Source: the human T2T-CHM13v2.0 reference genome, Homo sapiens
Length of the DNA stretch: 64,000 nucleotides
NCBI RefSeq assembly: GCF_009914755.1
Contig: NC_060925.1
Reading direction: 5' to 3' (one strand)
The translations under genes and the position numbers were made by a program. Position 1 is the first letter of the stretch. Every line of letters starts with the position of its first letter. The notes below the pieces were generated by a model, which did no database searches, was not told the DNA's origin, and saw only the letters and a list, made by a program, of their open reading frames with translations. This document shows positions 13,591 through 29,195 of this stretch, one piece after another.

Positions 13591-16516
13591 TCATTATTGC
13601 CATCTATATGCACAACCTCTAAATCATGAGTTGTTACCCTGGGGCTCAAAGATGAGTTTCAAGTAGTTTGTGAGTCCACCCATAGAAATTAAATGCAAAA
13701 TTTTAGTTCAATGTGTGTATATTATGGGAGAGAGTCCCTGGCTGTCATCAGAAGTTCAGAGGGATCCATATCTCCACCCTGCCCAATTAGGAACTTGAGA
13801 CAGTATTACAGAATGGTCAAGACATAATGGTCAACTCTGAAGTCTGACCACCTGGATCAGCCAGCTGTGTGACCGTAGGAAGACACTTCCTCCCTCCCTT
13901 CCTTCAGTTCAGTTGCTATTTGTAATATGGGGCTAATGATAATACATTCCCCATAGGGCTGCTGAGAACACTCAGTGAGATGTAGCATTTCAAGCTGAGA
14001 AGAGTGCTGGGTGCAAGGATGTGTTATATGTACGAGTGTTTTTTATGCAGACACATACACACAGCACACATACTAATATATACACTGCATATACAAATAC
14101 TGTATAAGTGCTAATTTTTATGATCAGGAAGCGCTGTTCCAAAGCCTGCAGTTGATTCATCCCACCCTACTCGTTGCTCATTCCCTCCTGCATCCCCCTC
14201 TCTGCCTTGGAATTTCCTTTCCCTCGGAATTTCCTCTCCCTCAGCGTTCCCTGATCCTTTGCATCTTGAAACACCAACAAAGTCAGCAGAAATAATGGGC
14301 AGAGAAAGGAAGAGGGGAAATAATCAAAGTTTGGGGCTCAGAAACCAGCCTAGTAGAGGGGGGATGCCATGAAGCTCGAGCTGCAAGTCTTGGGAGCTGC
14401 TAAGGCCCTGGGGGCTGGCTCTGACGTGGAGTTAGAAGTCAGGGTCTGAGTCCAGCTGCAGAGACAAGTGGGCTCAAGAGAGGCAGGTGGAGTCTTGCCC
14501 TAGCCTAGGGAGGCAGGGGTCTGGCGGGCTTGGACGCAGCAGGATGTGGACCAGCCAGGGGGTTGGGTACACTGCAGCACAGTAGGCATCTGAGTGTCCT
14601 GGTCCTAGAATGCTCAGTCCTGTGCCGCTCTCTGGGAAAGATGGGGCTTCTCCACAGTCAGGATGGGCTTGGGGTCTGCAGGACAGACAGCACTATCTGC
14701 AGCTGAGCAGGAATGGTGGAGAGCGACACTCAATCATCAAATTAGAAACATCACAAATTCCTGGAAATGATAGTGAAGCAATTCTGCTTGGAAGGGGACA
14801 GGATCGATGGTATTGGCAAGCCTGTCATGCCCTCGCAGATTCATGGAGAAAGTTGTGGTGCCTCCCTCAGCCTGCAGGGAAGGCACAGGCGAGGATGAAT
14901 GCCCGCACCAGGGCTGTAACAGGCAGCCAGAGAAGGCTCGCATTGAGGGATGGACTCCAGATACAAGCTCCCTCATACATGAGTTATCCCAATGACTCAC
15001 AGCTCTGGGTAGTGATTAGAGGGAAAACTATTGAGAAATATATATTTACTCCAGTTCTACACTTGAGAATGAAACACACATCATTAGCCATAAAAGTAGG
15101 ATTAAGACAACAGAGCATTATTTGCAAATGATAAACAGACATGGGCACAGATTTAAACATGTACAAAAGATGTAAATCTGAGCAAGGAATGCTTAGTTCT
15201 ATTGCTACTGAAGGCAGTTCTTATGTGCTGCCTGGATTAGGTGGGGGGTGCATTCTTACATGGTTACTCTCCATTCAACAAACTCTACAAAGGATGGGCC
15301 AACGGCTTGTACATAAGAAACCAATATTCTGCCATTCTAGGGAGCCAGGAGCCCCAGGGGCTGCCAGGAAGAGCCTCAGGGATTATCCTGACTAGTCCAT
15401 GAGCCAGTAGCACCAGCATCACCTGTGAGCTCCTTGGAAATGCATCTCAGACTGAATCTGATTGTGCACATTCACAAATTCCCAGCTGATTTGCATGTGT
15501 GTGAAAGTTTGAGAAGCCCCTTTCCAGAGCAGTTTGTCAACCTTTTAAAATCAGGGACCCCCTATGAAGATTCACATAAAATGACTGCCTCCTTCTTCAA
15601 TGTGGTTTAAAATTCAAAATAAAATGAATAAAAACAAGTCAAAGTAAAGGTCATTCTGAAGATGCTTTTTCAAACTGCACACGTACCTCCCTTCTGGCTC
15701 CCACTTACAATATGTGATGCAAGAACCACTCTCCATGACTCCAGGAAGTCAGGATTGGGGAGGCACATCCCCAGGTAAAGAATGACTGACAGAGAGCTAC
15801 AGCCCCACTGTGCAGATGGCATGTCTGTAGCCCAGAGAGGTGCTTCCCTAGAAGCCCCAACTTCTGCACTGGTGCTTCCTGAGACAGGGACCCTCAGTTC
15901 TAGACAGACACAAGTGTTAGAAATGACTTGAAGTTTGTTCCCCTGGAATGTACATTTCACAGCCTGAGTGCCACCATCTTATGTCAGCTTTTGACAACAG
16001 TCGTCATTTCCCCTAAGAGTCTCCTTCCTTCAAGTGAACAGCCTGAAGTCCTCAAGATCCATCTTGCAACATAAAGTCCTTCCTCATCCTGGTCATTCTC
16101 CCGTGGTCCCACTTGAGTTTGTCAATGTCCCTCTTTGGGTATGGGTAGCAAGGGATATACTTAAACTTTTCTCTTTTCTTTTACATTTAATCTTACATTA
16201 ATCAAAACATGCATTCTTATTATAAAAACAATGTAACTATGTTGCAAAAAACTTTTCAATACAAAAGATTAAAAAATTATTCATAATCAAGCCATCCTCA
16301 TACCCATGTTATTATTAGCATGTTGCTATATTTCCTTCTAGTCTTATTCACCTGTGTATACATGCTTACATGGTAATGTACATAATAAACAGATAATTCT
16401 GTAGCCTGTTTTGTTATTTTTTAACTTAAACATTTTTTATGCTGCAGCAGTCTTGACAATCATTAGCTTCCCATTCCAGTGTGTAACTGAGAACTGAACT
16501 CAGTTCCCCAAGATGT

Positions 16517-16869
16517 TGGTAATGGTTTGGCTGTGTCCCCACCAAAATCTCATCTTGAATTCCCACGTGTTGGGGTAGGAACCCAGTGGGAGGTAATTGA
16601 ATCATGGGGGCAGGTCTTTCCCCTGCTGTTCTCATAATAGTGAATGAGTCTTGTGAGATCTGATAGTTAAAAGGGGAGTTCCCTTGCACAAGCTTGCTCT
16701 TTGCCTGCTGCCATCCATGTAAGATGTGACTTGCTCCTCCTTGCCGTCTGCCATTATTGTGAGGCCTCCTCAGCCATGTGGAACTGTAAGTCCATTAAAC
16801 CTCTTTCTTTTGTAAATTGCCCAGTCTTAGGTATGTCTTTATCAGCAGCATGAAAAATGGACTAATAAA
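16517..16869 (+). mobile_element. THE1B-like solo LTR
   Basis: atggtttggctgtgtccccacc...gtatgtctttatcagcagcatgaaaaatggactaata; imperfect TSD gatgt/gatgg. Confidence 0.9.
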
Positions 16870-19219
16870 GATGGTTTGACCAGTTCAGAGGAAAAAGAGA
16901 ACAGTTTCTCCACCAATGCTTTCACATGGCAGCCTGCATGACATTGTTCATCTTGCACCCCCCAGGGCCTCATAAATGTGGCAACTCTTTGGAACCCCTT
17001 CTTTTACTCTGTACTGGTGTCATCTACTTTTAGGGAGGCCTAAATATACAGGGTATTCAACTATTTATTCATTCATTGGGCAAGAATTTGCTGAGACCCC
17101 CCATGTACAAAGCAGTGTGCTGAGGTCTCTGTCTGCAGTGGTGAACAAGACAGCTCTGGTCCCGTGAGTTCATGGAACTTTTATGGTGGTGACCTCAGCA
17201 AAGCAACAGAGCACAGGAAGGGAAAGAGACAAAAATCCAGTAAGAACCCATCACAGGCTAACCGTGGGTGCTTGGCTTGCATACATCAGCTCAAAGAATC
17301 TTCACAACTCTTTTGCATTGCTGATGAGGAAAAAGCAGTTCAAGGGTACTTGTCCAAAGTCAAAGAGGTAGTAAATGGTAAAGGCAGGATTCAACCCCAG
17401 GAGTGCCTGACTTTAAAGCTCTTTCTGAATTCCCTAAATTCACATGGAGACTATAAGATGCTCTTTCTCTCCTGACCCTCCAGTAAGCTCTAGAAATTTT
17501 AGAAGGCCATTATGAGACACTCCCAACAATGTGCTTCAATTATTTCATAAAAGAAAGACAAAAATAACAGAATACTGCCTGGTCTCAGAGGTGTGATTAG
17601 ATTTGGAGAAAGGAGGGGAAAGGGGACCTTTTCTGCAGAAGCACATCCACCAGGAGCATGATTTAGACAAAAGTGTGATTTAGATACCTTATTTTTCATT
17701 TGACCAGCCAACAAACATTTGTGCAATTTAAATCTTTTCAGAATGACTCTGACAACCAAGTATCCACGGGTTGACTCAGTCTGCTTCTTATCACCATCAG
17801 ACTTTGAAAACTCCACCTCCCCCTTCATAATTACTCCAGGCAATCAGCACCAACTGATCAATCAAACAAAGAAAATTGCAGGTTTGAAGCTTTAATTAAA
17901 TCTATCCGGCACTATCTAATTAAAGAAAATCTTTACTCTTCTACATACTCCAAAATAGAAGAAGCCCACTCCTTTGGGGTTCTACAAATAATTTGCCACT
18001 TTGAGGCCTTCACCTAACTTACACTGGAAGAAGAGTGCAGTGGAGAAAAGACAGCCATTCCCTCTTCCTTTACTTCTTGCCTAAGTGCAGGCAAATTCCA
18101 AACATGGAAGGAGACAGGACTGTAGAATCCCGTCTCTGGTAGGTTTCCTCTCATCTATCTCTGTCCTTTAGGGTAGATGGGTCCTTTTTCTGGCTGACTG
18201 TTGCCCAAGGCCTTTCTCCCGCCCTCCACAGGCTCCTGTGGCTGGAGGGCACTGGCTCAGAGCAGGGAGAAAATGCTAAGAACTCAGCCACACCTTCTTA
18301 GCATAGGGCTTATGAGCCATTCTGAAGCTCAGCTTTCTCCTCTGCAAAATGGGATGAATATGACACTTCAATTGGATTGTTGGGAGAAGTCAATAACATA
18401 ATGCGCCTGAGAAGCCACAACAATCAAACGGAATTGAGAGGAGTAACACTGGGCACTTACATGGGTGGAGCTTTGCGGTAGTGGATACAAATCTGCCTCT
18501 GTCTGCAAGAACTCTTTGTGTCTGCATTCCCCCACCCCCACCCTTGCAGACCAAGGCAGGTTTGAAAATATCCACTACTGCAAGGCTTCTTGCAGAACTA
18601 GAAAGCTTCTTTATTGTCCAGATTTCTTTATCTCTGGATGGTGAGGAATTCCTCTTATAACTGAAATCCAGCTAAACTATCAGAGCCAAGATGCGTCCCC
18701 GTTCCTCTTTACTTTGTAGGGTTTACGTAAGTTTAAGATTTGCCTTGTCTTTGATATGTAGCTGTGGAACTTTGGAGGAGGGAGAAGTTGTATGCAGCTC
18801 TACCAGCTTGCCAGGGCATCACAAAAGCCCCTAGATCCCTAGTTAAGAGCCCTTTGGGTTAAAATAATCAAATTGGAAGGTGGAGTCAATTGTTCACGCT
18901 TCCTTCCTTATGAGACTTAATAAGGCAGCCATTGCTTATGGAAGGACAAAGGTGGCAGTGATGATGCGAGAGACTGAACTGGCACAGTGAAAGACTGCCA
19001 GGTGCAGAGGAGCTAGCCACTATAAACTTCGTGAAAACATCTGCTCCTCCAGGCAGGATTGAAGATGCTGCATTGCCAGTCTGCAAGATGCTAGGGGCAT
19101 CACGTGGTCAGAAACTGCTTCCATGAATTCAACAGCCAGGCTAGTAGTCTATACTGTCTACAGTGTCTTTACCATGTCATCTAGGCAAACCCAGTCAGCT
19201 GCAGCTCCTGGGGCAACTG

Positions 19220-19585
19220 GTGCAGTAATACGTGAGGTCTAAGTTTACATAAAAGTTTATTTCTCACTTATGTAAAATTCAATCAATCAGCAGCAGATAG
19301 GGGACGAGGTGGGTTCTGCTCCATGCAGTCATCCAGGCATCTAGGCTTCTCTCATCTCCTGTCCCAGGGAAAGATAGAAAGAGAGGATTGCAGAGGAGGC
19401 TTTCTGCCCAGACCTGGAAGAGGCACACATCATTTCCATCTACCTTCCACTAAGTCATATGGCTCCATCTAGATGCAAGGGGGCCTAGGAAAATATTGTC
19501 CCTAGCTAGGCAGCTGCTTCCCACTAACACCTACACTGTGGAAAAGGAGCAAGATTGATGGTGGGCAATTAGCCTTCTCTGCCAC
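19220..19585. mobile_element. Old MLT1-family LTR
   Basis: aagtttatttctcactt...gtcatatggctccatctagatgcaaggggg...ctctgccaca motifs. Confidence 0.55.
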
Positions 19586-21614
19586 ACTGCTTAACGTGCC
19601 ATTGGAAAATAAACTGTTCGCCAAAGACAACTGCTGGAATTGCTGAAACAGCCAAGAGCAGTACCTACGTAGAGTAGAAAGAATCCCAGAAGCTCAGGGA
19701 TATTTTATAGTCCTTCTATATGCATCTCCAGCATCATTCAATCACACAATTTCAGAGCTGGAAGAAGCTTTGGAGTTCCTCTAGATTTAAATCCTCATAT
19801 TGTAAGTCAGGAAAACGCAGATGGCCCTGAGAAGGAATAGGACTTAGTGAAGATCACAAGCAAACCAGTGGCCAAGCTGGGACAGAACCCAGCTCTCCAT
19901 GCCCCTGGTCTGGCTCTTGGCACCACATCTTGTGACAGAGTAGAAATTGATGCAGTAGCAAAAGGCTGGCCTCACTGTTTATGGGTAGTTGTGGCAGTAG
20001 ACCCACTTAAGGGTACAATAATTTGGCTCTTTTGTCACTTAAAAGTCGAGAATTGATTTAGTTTTAGATTTACTTTAATTCCAAGAGAATGAGGGACTCA
20101 ATACTTGGGAAGTGTTTATTTGGGTACCGTGTCTGCTGAAAAAGAAACAGAGGGAAGACTAGAATGACAAGTCCAAACCTGCCTCCACCCTGCAGACACC
20201 AGGGTCCCTTGAAGAGCAAATTCTGTGGCCCCAGAAGTTCAGGGAGTAAGAGCTGAGGATATAGAAGGGGGAAACTTCCTATCTCAGCAACAGTGCTGTC
20301 AGCAGCCACTTGGAAGAGAGGGGCCGATGAGGATCTAGAGGTGGCCAAGTCTGCTCTAGGGGAATGTTGCGTCTTTGACCAATATCTCATGATACTGCAG
20401 GCAGGACCAATTGTGAGAAGTGATGCAGGCAGCACAGCCTTTTGGACTGAGACTCTGGCTCCAGGGGGTGTTAAATTTTGGCTGCTATTAAACAGCAGAC
20501 TTGGTGAATGAGCAAGGTGAGGCTTTGCCACAAATATTGATTTTGACCTTGAACCACAGGGTCCTACTGTGAGTGGAGAGATTGCTCAGGACCCCGACAC
20601 TGCTGCCCACCTGGCTTTGTGTATCACCTGCTGCCAACCCCTCCCCCACCACGTCTGCCCAGACCCTCCCTTTGGCATTAGGGATGGAGCACATGGCTGC
20701 CCCATGGGGTCACTGCAGTTGGTTTCCAGAGCCTCATCCCTGGCAGACCCCACTCCTCCCCTTCCATAACCCCCTTCGGTGCTGGTCAGGTGGTGCTGAC
20801 CTGTGTGAACTTGGATATCAAGCAGATACCAGGGTCCCAGGTATCCAGCCTCCCACTCCAAAGCCTGCTTTGGATTGTGAAGGAAGCAGACTGCAGTAAC
20901 CCCACAAAACAGGCCACTTCCCTGTCCCAAGAAGCCCTGCCCAGCAATGATCAGCGGGTTTTGTCTTCTGCACCCCTCTTCCTCTGCCTCCTTATTAACC
21001 ACAGCTAACTTTCCTGATTAACTACACAGCTCCTACCAACAGGTTTGCCTCCGGATGGCAAATTTGCCAGCATTTAGGGTGAATCAAACATATTTACTTT
21101 TCTGATGTTAGGGGTTTGATAAAATCCATAATGCCTTTGGCCTCAAACCCACTTCCTATTAATTATTAAACCCTTGTGTGTTTCAAGGGTAATTGAATCC
21201 ATGTTTCTAATTAGTTTACACTTAATTCATCAGAACAATTTTTAAAGGTCTGATGGATGTCCCAATAAGCCTCATGGGCAGTTTAATGAATCCTTATTTA
21301 AAAAGAAATTGGACACACACCAAACTGTTAACAGCGGTTACCTCTAGGGAGTGAGGCTGGGACAAGGGCCTGGGAAAGGAGGCAGCTGCATTTTTCTCAC
21401 TCTATACACTGCTGACCTTCTTAAAGCAGAAAATACCTATTACATTTACTATTTTAGAGAAACTGCTTAAAAAGGAAAAAGGAATGGATTTTTAAAAGGA
21501 AATTGAATGAATGAATGCAAATAAATCCAAAGCAATGAAAAGGCATTTTGGTATAGTGGGGGAAAGCCTTGTTTCTGGCTCTAGGAGACCCCTGGCCCAC
21601 CCCTCTTTAGCCAC

Positions 21615-22034
21615 TATGTTAGTCCATTCTTGCATTGCTGTAAAGAAATACCTGAGATGGGACAATTTATAAAGGAAAGAGGTTTAATTGGCTCACAGTC
21701 CCACTGGCTGCACAGGAAGCATGATGCTGGCATTTGCCTGGCTCCTGGGGAGGCCTCAGGAAACTTACAATCACGGCATAAGGCAAAGGGGGAATAAGCA
21801 CATCACATGGCAAAAGCAGGAGCAACAGAGATGGGGCAGGTGCCCCACACTTAAATAACCAGATCTCATGAGAACTCACTCACTAACGTCAGGACAGCAC
21901 CAAGAGGATGGTGATAACCATTCATGAGAAATCCGCCCTATGATCCAATTACTACCCACCAGGCCCCACCTCCCACATTGGAGATTACAATCCAACACGA
22001 GATTTGGGCAGGGATACAGAGCCAAACTATATCA
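21615..22034 (-). mobile_element. MSTA-like solo LTR
   Basis: ttagtccattcttgcattgctgtaaagaaatacctgag...gccaaactatatca. Confidence 0.85.
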
Positions 22035-24207
22035 GCTATTTGGCAGCTTAGGGGCCTTACATGCTTGCTTAACTTCTGCAAAGAGAATTAATACTACCCA
22101 CCTCCTAAAGGTGTTGTTGAATTATTAGATAATGTGAACAATGTCTATTTAAAACCTTTCATTGTGAACCATCTTTCTTAGAAATGTATCGAGCTCCTCA
22201 GCAGGGCATACAGGGTCCCTGGTGGAGCTGGCCCGGGCCACTGCTCCACCTTCCCACTATACACCAGCCAAAATGAACCTACCCATTGTCATTCTGCACC
22301 TCACCTTTCTCTCACTTTTGCCTAGACCTATGCACATACTATTTCTTGGCTCGAAACACTCTCATCCCTCCTTCCACACTCTATTAGGGATCTCTTCCTC
22401 CAGAGAGCATTGATTCATTCACTCCATAAGTATTTGTTTAGCATCTGCTATAAGCCAGACTCTCTGTTAGGCCCTGGAGAGCTACAATGAAAAGTAAAAG
22501 AGAAAGAGTTCTTGTCATCAAGGAGTTTACAGCCTTGTGGGGTAGATGGGCATAAATGAAGAAGACACACACACACACACACACACGCGTGTAAAACCAC
22601 AAAGGATGAATGCATGGTAATCTGAGCAGGTATCACAGGAGGGTTTGACCAGGTTGTGAGGAAAGGGTGTCCTGGGCAAGGAAGGGACAACTGAGTTACT
22701 TGAGGAATGAGTAAGGGACAACTAAGCAAGGGGCAGATGGAGGGGGTTCATCCCAAGCCTCCAGATGAGCATCCACAAAGATCTCCCCCAAGGCGAGGTC
22801 AGGTTCCCCAGTCATAGCACTTATACCCTGATTATTTAACTGTCTCCCTAAAGATATCGTTAAGTTCCTTGAAGGGAGAAGCTGTCTTGTTAACTGTTGT
22901 GTCTCTGATACCTGGCATTCCTGTTAGGCATTCAATAAATGTAGAATAAATTACCATGAGAGCATGAACACAAGTGTCCAGCATGGTGGCTGGAACATAA
23001 TAGCCGTTCAGTGTCCTCATTCCTTTGTTCTCCTTTCCAGTGTCCCCTCTCTGTTTCAATCCTGAACAAAGACTTTTCCCTCATCCCCATGGGTCCTCCC
23101 AGCCTCCTTCTGCCCACAAGAGCACATTCCCAGAGGCATTCTGGAGAGCAGACCCTTCAAGGACGTCCCTATTGATGTGCAAGGCACACCTTTTAAGGAA
23201 TCCAAAAAACAGGTCCTTTGGGGGCCTCTGCTGTGATACATATTCATAAGAAGACAGTAAATCTGGCAAATTTGTGGATTTTTACAACTTCCAAAACAGG
23301 TGTCTGACGCCAGTTGAGTGAAATCTGCAACTAGCTCCAAATGACTAAAACTACATTGCACCTTAGGCTGATGACAGAATGTGTATTTCCAATAATTGAG
23401 GGAACGAGTTGTAGTGTTTCCCATAACTTGAGCCCAAATGTCTAAATTAAGAGATGCTTAGCTGTGCTTAACTGGTGCAGTCATCACCAGCACCCTATAA
23501 ACCCTCCAATATACGGGATGCAGTTTATTAGCAGTGTCTTCATAGATTATGTTTGCTCGTGTCCCATTAGAAAACTTCATTCCACATTAAACTGCAATGC
23601 AATAGGATGTCTGCCAGCACGGAGAGGCCATCTAATTGTGCAAAAGCAGAGACGTGGGGATTGTTTCAGTAATTCATCCAGGCAGGGCTGACACTGCATT
23701 ATCTGGAAGGCTCTTTGTTCTTTTCTTGCTAATTTCCAAACTCCTACAGGCTCCCGGCCTTCAGGACCAGCTCCTACTCCCGTTCCCCACCCTGATCCAT
23801 TATGAGAAGAATCTGATCAGCTTCTATTGTAAATTTAATTTGAAGCAGCCAGACGCTGCCTTCTGGCACCCTGGGATGTGGTTGCTTGTGAATAGCTCCA
23901 GATGAAATGTGAGATGCTTTCAAGGAGATGGCTATGAACTCCTGGTAGAGAAAGGGAGTCATTGGGAGATGAATAGCATCTGCATATAGAACAAGCTGTG
24001 CGCAGTGTGTCTATTGGCACCTTCTCATCAATGATGCCAGGTGCAGCTGCCAGTACATAGCATCAGTGAGAAGTTCCCATTTTGCTGAGAAGGAAACTGA
24101 GGCTTGAATGGGTTGACTCACTTGCCCAAGTTCACAGACATAGAAAGAGGAGTAAAACCCAGGTATGTCTTATGCTAAAGGTATGAACCTCTCAAATCAA
24201 TCCACCT

Positions 24208-24430
24208 CACGGTTTTTCAACCTCAGCTTTACTGGCATTTGGGGACAGATAATTATTTACTGTAGACAGCTGTGCTGTGCATTGTGGGATGATGTTTAGC
24301 AGAATCCCTGGCCTCAACCTAGTAGATGTCATCAGCATCTCTCCACTTGCAGTTGGGACAACCACAAATTTCTCCAGATGTCGCCAAATGTACCCTGGGG
24401 AACAAAACTGCCTTCAGTTGAGAACCACTG
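24208..24430 (+). mobile_element. MER20 (hAT-Charlie)
   Basis: TIRs ca.ggtttttcaacc / gttgagaaccactg and MER20 body. Confidence 0.8.
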
Positions 24431-24752
24431 CTCTACCTCATGATTCACAAATTAATTATTTTGTCTTTTTGCTAAATAGTGCTTTCTAATTTTTCCTATA
24501 AATGTAGGAGTATTCCTTTTGTTTCTATCTCATCATAATTAAAGCAGTTTACATACTGTTTTAATTTAATCTTGATCAACTAACCTATAAGGTAGATCTT
24601 GATACACCCCGTTTATCAATTAGCATACTGTGGATATCAGTGAAAGTGACTTGCCAATGCTATGCAGCTAGGGAGGAGCTGGAGAGCAAACTCATGTCAT
24701 CTACTGGCAAGACTGGTGTATATTCCACTGTATGGCTCTGTTACAGCAAAGC

Positions 24753-24791
<39 letters not shown>

Positions 24792-25025
24792 GAAGGCTTG
24801 ACTCCCATGACTCCCAGCCTTAAGGAGCTTAGAATCTAATAGGAGGAAAGTTCATTTCTCACAACACAATCCAGGAGCAAGCAGCTGGAGAAAGGTGAGG
24901 TTAAAGGGGGCTAGGATTGGGGTAGGGAGGTAACGTTTCAGCCTTTTGTTGGAACGCATCCATAAAGAAAGAAGACCAGAGTGTTGGAGAGAAGAGAAGA
25001 GAGATGCCTTAAAAATGCAGTGAGG

Positions 25026-25312
<287 letters not shown>

Positions 25313-25322
25313 GCAGTGAGGA

Positions 25323-25784
<462 letters not shown>

Positions 25785-25828
25785 AAAATGTAGTGAAAGC
25801 AGTAATTGCAAAACTTGTACTCATGAAG

Positions 25829-25969
25829 TTTTTTTTTATTTTTATTTTTCAGAGACTAGGTTTTACTGTGTTGCCCGTGCTAGTCTTGAATTCCCAGGTT
25901 CAAACAATCCTCTTGCCTCAGCCTCCCGAGTAGTAGCTGGGACTACAGGTGGATGCCACTGTGCCCAGC
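25829..25969 (-). mobile_element. FLAM / Alu monomer
   Basis: T-tract followed by a single Alu arm; TSD-like ctcatgaagttt / ctcattaagttt. Confidence 0.8.
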
Positions 25970-26957
25970 TCATTAAGTTTTAGACAATAAACATGGAAAT
26001 CCCCCAGGTGATGCAGGCAGAGAAAAATCTGCTGCAGGCCTCTTGGTGGTCTGGCCCCACTGTCTGTGTGGGAAGGGAGAGGAGAGGAGGCTATCATGGG
26101 ATCAGTAATGCCATGATACGTACACATCACATACATACACATGATACATACATGCACAATTAATGACTGTTCCTGAGCTCAGTGACTCCTTCAGTGTCTT
26201 TCTACCACACCTGAAATTCCCAGTCTAAAATGTCTGATGAGTTGGCCACAGATGAAGTGTCATCACAGGCACTAGAACTCTCTGGAAAGGTCTGAGTTAC
26301 TGAGTCCTAAGAACAGAAGGGCAGGAAAGGACGTAAACAATGTTTCCGGACCACGTAAGCATCTATAGCTGGTGGCTCACATACAACAACCCTGTAAGGC
26401 GGGTAAATGTCACCTCCATTTTATAGATGAGGCTCAGAGAAACCAAACCTTGTATGAGGTCATAGCATTAATAAATGTAGAGCCTAGCTAGGTATAAATC
26501 TAGGTCTGTCCCCACTGCACCCTTCTGTCTCACAGGAAAACACTGAGACAGGAGGTGACCTACCTGCTCTATCTACCAGACAAGTGAAGAAAAATGTCAG
26601 TGCAGCAAATATCCTGGTAGGCCCCAAGAACACATTTCACTGGAGACTGAAATTCACTGCAGACTGATTTGGTTTGTTTTCTGTTTCCAAGGCAGACACT
26701 GCGGAGTCATCCTCCATTCCTTTCTTTTTCTTACTCCCAGTCCACTGTCCCTATACATCCACTACTAACTCTGGGGATAACTCTTTCCCATAGCATCATA
26801 CACATCCATGCCATCTTTACCCTTCATTGCTTTAGTCCAGACTACTGCTGTCTCTTTCCTTGCCCCACGGTCGCCAGTCTGCCCTCCACCCCAGTGCATT
26901 TTCCACACTGCCACCAAATCATGCCAAAATCCTCTGCTTAAAAATTTTTATTAGAAG

Positions 26958-29010
26958 GGTATCCACAAAAAACCTACAGATAACATCATACTTAATGCTA
27001 AAAGACGAAATGTTTTTCCCCTAACATCAGGAATAAGTCAAGGCTAGCCACTCTGACCATTTCTATTCAATATTATACTGGAGGTTCTAGACAGCACAAT
27101 CAGGGAAAAAAAGAAATAAGGGGTATCCCGATTGGAAAGGAAGAATTAAAACTTTTATTCACAGATATAAACGAACTGAACTAACAAATTCAGCAAGGTC
27201 ACAAGATACAAGATCAATTTACAAAAATCAATTGTATTTCTATATACTAACAATGGCTAGTCCAAAAACAAATTTTTTAAAAAACCCATTCACAATAGCA
27301 TCAAAAAGAATAAAACTTTTATTTAAAAAATTTCCATGTCAAGATGAAGAGGAACGATAACATGTTAAACTCTGCCTTGCCTGACCCCCTAAATTCTCAT
27401 GAAAATGATCTAAAGTATATAAAGAGATGGAATATCTACATTAACTTTGGAAACCAAGGAATACAGATAGATACCTACATGCTACAAACACGAAGAAAAT
27501 TCTACAAGATAGAGTCAGTAAGACCTACCTAAGACAAAAGCTAGCTAGGCAGGATGTTGACAGAAAAATACAGCTTAAAACATGTTCTAAAGAAGCAACT
27601 TTAAGCACTAATAGAATAAAAATCACAGAAAAAACAAAGACAACTTGCACTAGAAGACAGATAAAAGGAAGTAACAGTAAGGACGCTTAAAAGTAATAGA
27701 AAGCATTAAGTATAATAGAAGAGCAAACATATCAGTTGTTACCAAAAAATATGAGTGAACTAAATTTTCCTGTTAAAGGATAGTGACTCTTAGCCAGGAT
27801 TTTTTAAAAATTTAACTACTGTGTATATTGTGCTAAGAACTATTCCTAAAACAATAATATAGATATATTAAAAATAGAGAAATTGGCAAAAATGGACCCA
27901 ATCAATGCATATCTGAAAGAAAAAAAGAGTGTAATATTGGTACAAAGTAGAATGTAAAGCAAAAAAAAAAAAAAGGAGAGAATAGGGAATAACTACAATT
28001 TTCATATTGGAAATATATATATACATATACAAAATTCACTCTGAAGATCTAATGTTTGAAAATATGAATGTGCTGAAGAGTATAGGATCACAGTATATAA
28101 AATAAAAACTTAGGAATAAAAGGAGGAACTGATATAAACTATAGTAAGAATGTGAGAGCAATATATTGCCTATCGGCAAATATCAGTTAGGCAATAGATA
28201 TGAAATTAGAAAAACTGAATGATATTAATAACATAATTTTTTCACCTTTCATACACAGAATATCTTTCTTCATAGAATACTGACAAAAAATGATCTTATA
28301 CAGAGGGAAACAAGTCAACAAATTCTCCAAAGTAGAAATCATAATCTAATCATAATGAAATAAAGCTAGATAATAATTTCTAAAGTATAAACAAATATTA
28401 CTTCAAAATTTAAGGGGAAAACCCTAGAGTCAAAGAAAGAACAAAATTGCAATTAGAAACTCTTTCTAAAATAACAACTAGCCATAAAAATTTATGGAAT
28501 GTGGTCAAAGCTATACTTAGGGGAAAATGTCTCTTAATGTTTTTATTATCAAACAAGAAATAATAAAACTAATTTAATTTACAAAATTGGCAAAAGAACA
28601 ATATTAGCCTAAGGAAAGTGAGAGAAAAGAATAGATAAAGATAAAAGCAGAAATCAATAATTTAGATAAAAGAGAATAAAATGGATCACCCTAGCATTGG
28701 AACTTTAAAAAGACCAATAAAATAGGCAAACTTCTGGCAAGACTAACTGAGTGGAAAGAAAGAAAGAAAGAAAGAAAGAAATGCACAGGAGCAGATGTGA
28801 GAAAGGGATGTGACCCAGACACCATGGAGAAAGAAAGGTTGAGTGGGAAAACAGTGTACAACCTTAGGATAATAGACTTGACACTCTCAATAAAATGGGT
28901 GATTTTATTGGTGATTCCCTGGACTAACACACACACAAAAATGATTCATGAATAAGAAGGAAATCTCAGTAGATTAAAAATCATGCAAGAACATTAAAAA
29001 AAAATTCACA
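26958..29010 (+). mobile_element. Degenerate L1M fragments (ORF2-derived)
   Basis: A-rich; recognisable L1 RT and EN remnants such as ctattcaatattatactggaggttctag and atttatggaatgtggtcaaagctatacttaggggaaaat. Confidence 0.7.
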
Positions 29011-29195
29011 AAGACCCAAGGGTCCCCACCAAGCATGCTTGCTGCTGCCTCTCCACACCCCCAGAGTAGCACCATTCCAGTATCAAGGACAGCATCTTCC
29101 AATGTTACTTGGACTGTCCTCTAAGGTCATTTCCCCTCCTATCATCCTCCGAGGTGTGAGCTCCTCTGGTTCCAGGTCAATAAAAGGCAGTGGTC

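Noticed and set aside
14610-15131. 173-aa ORF on the plus strand
   Set aside because: No recognisable homology or motif; consistent with a chance ORF.
20777-20800. REST/RE1-like motif (gtggtgctgac)
   Set aside because: Only one half-site matches; the other half fits poorly.
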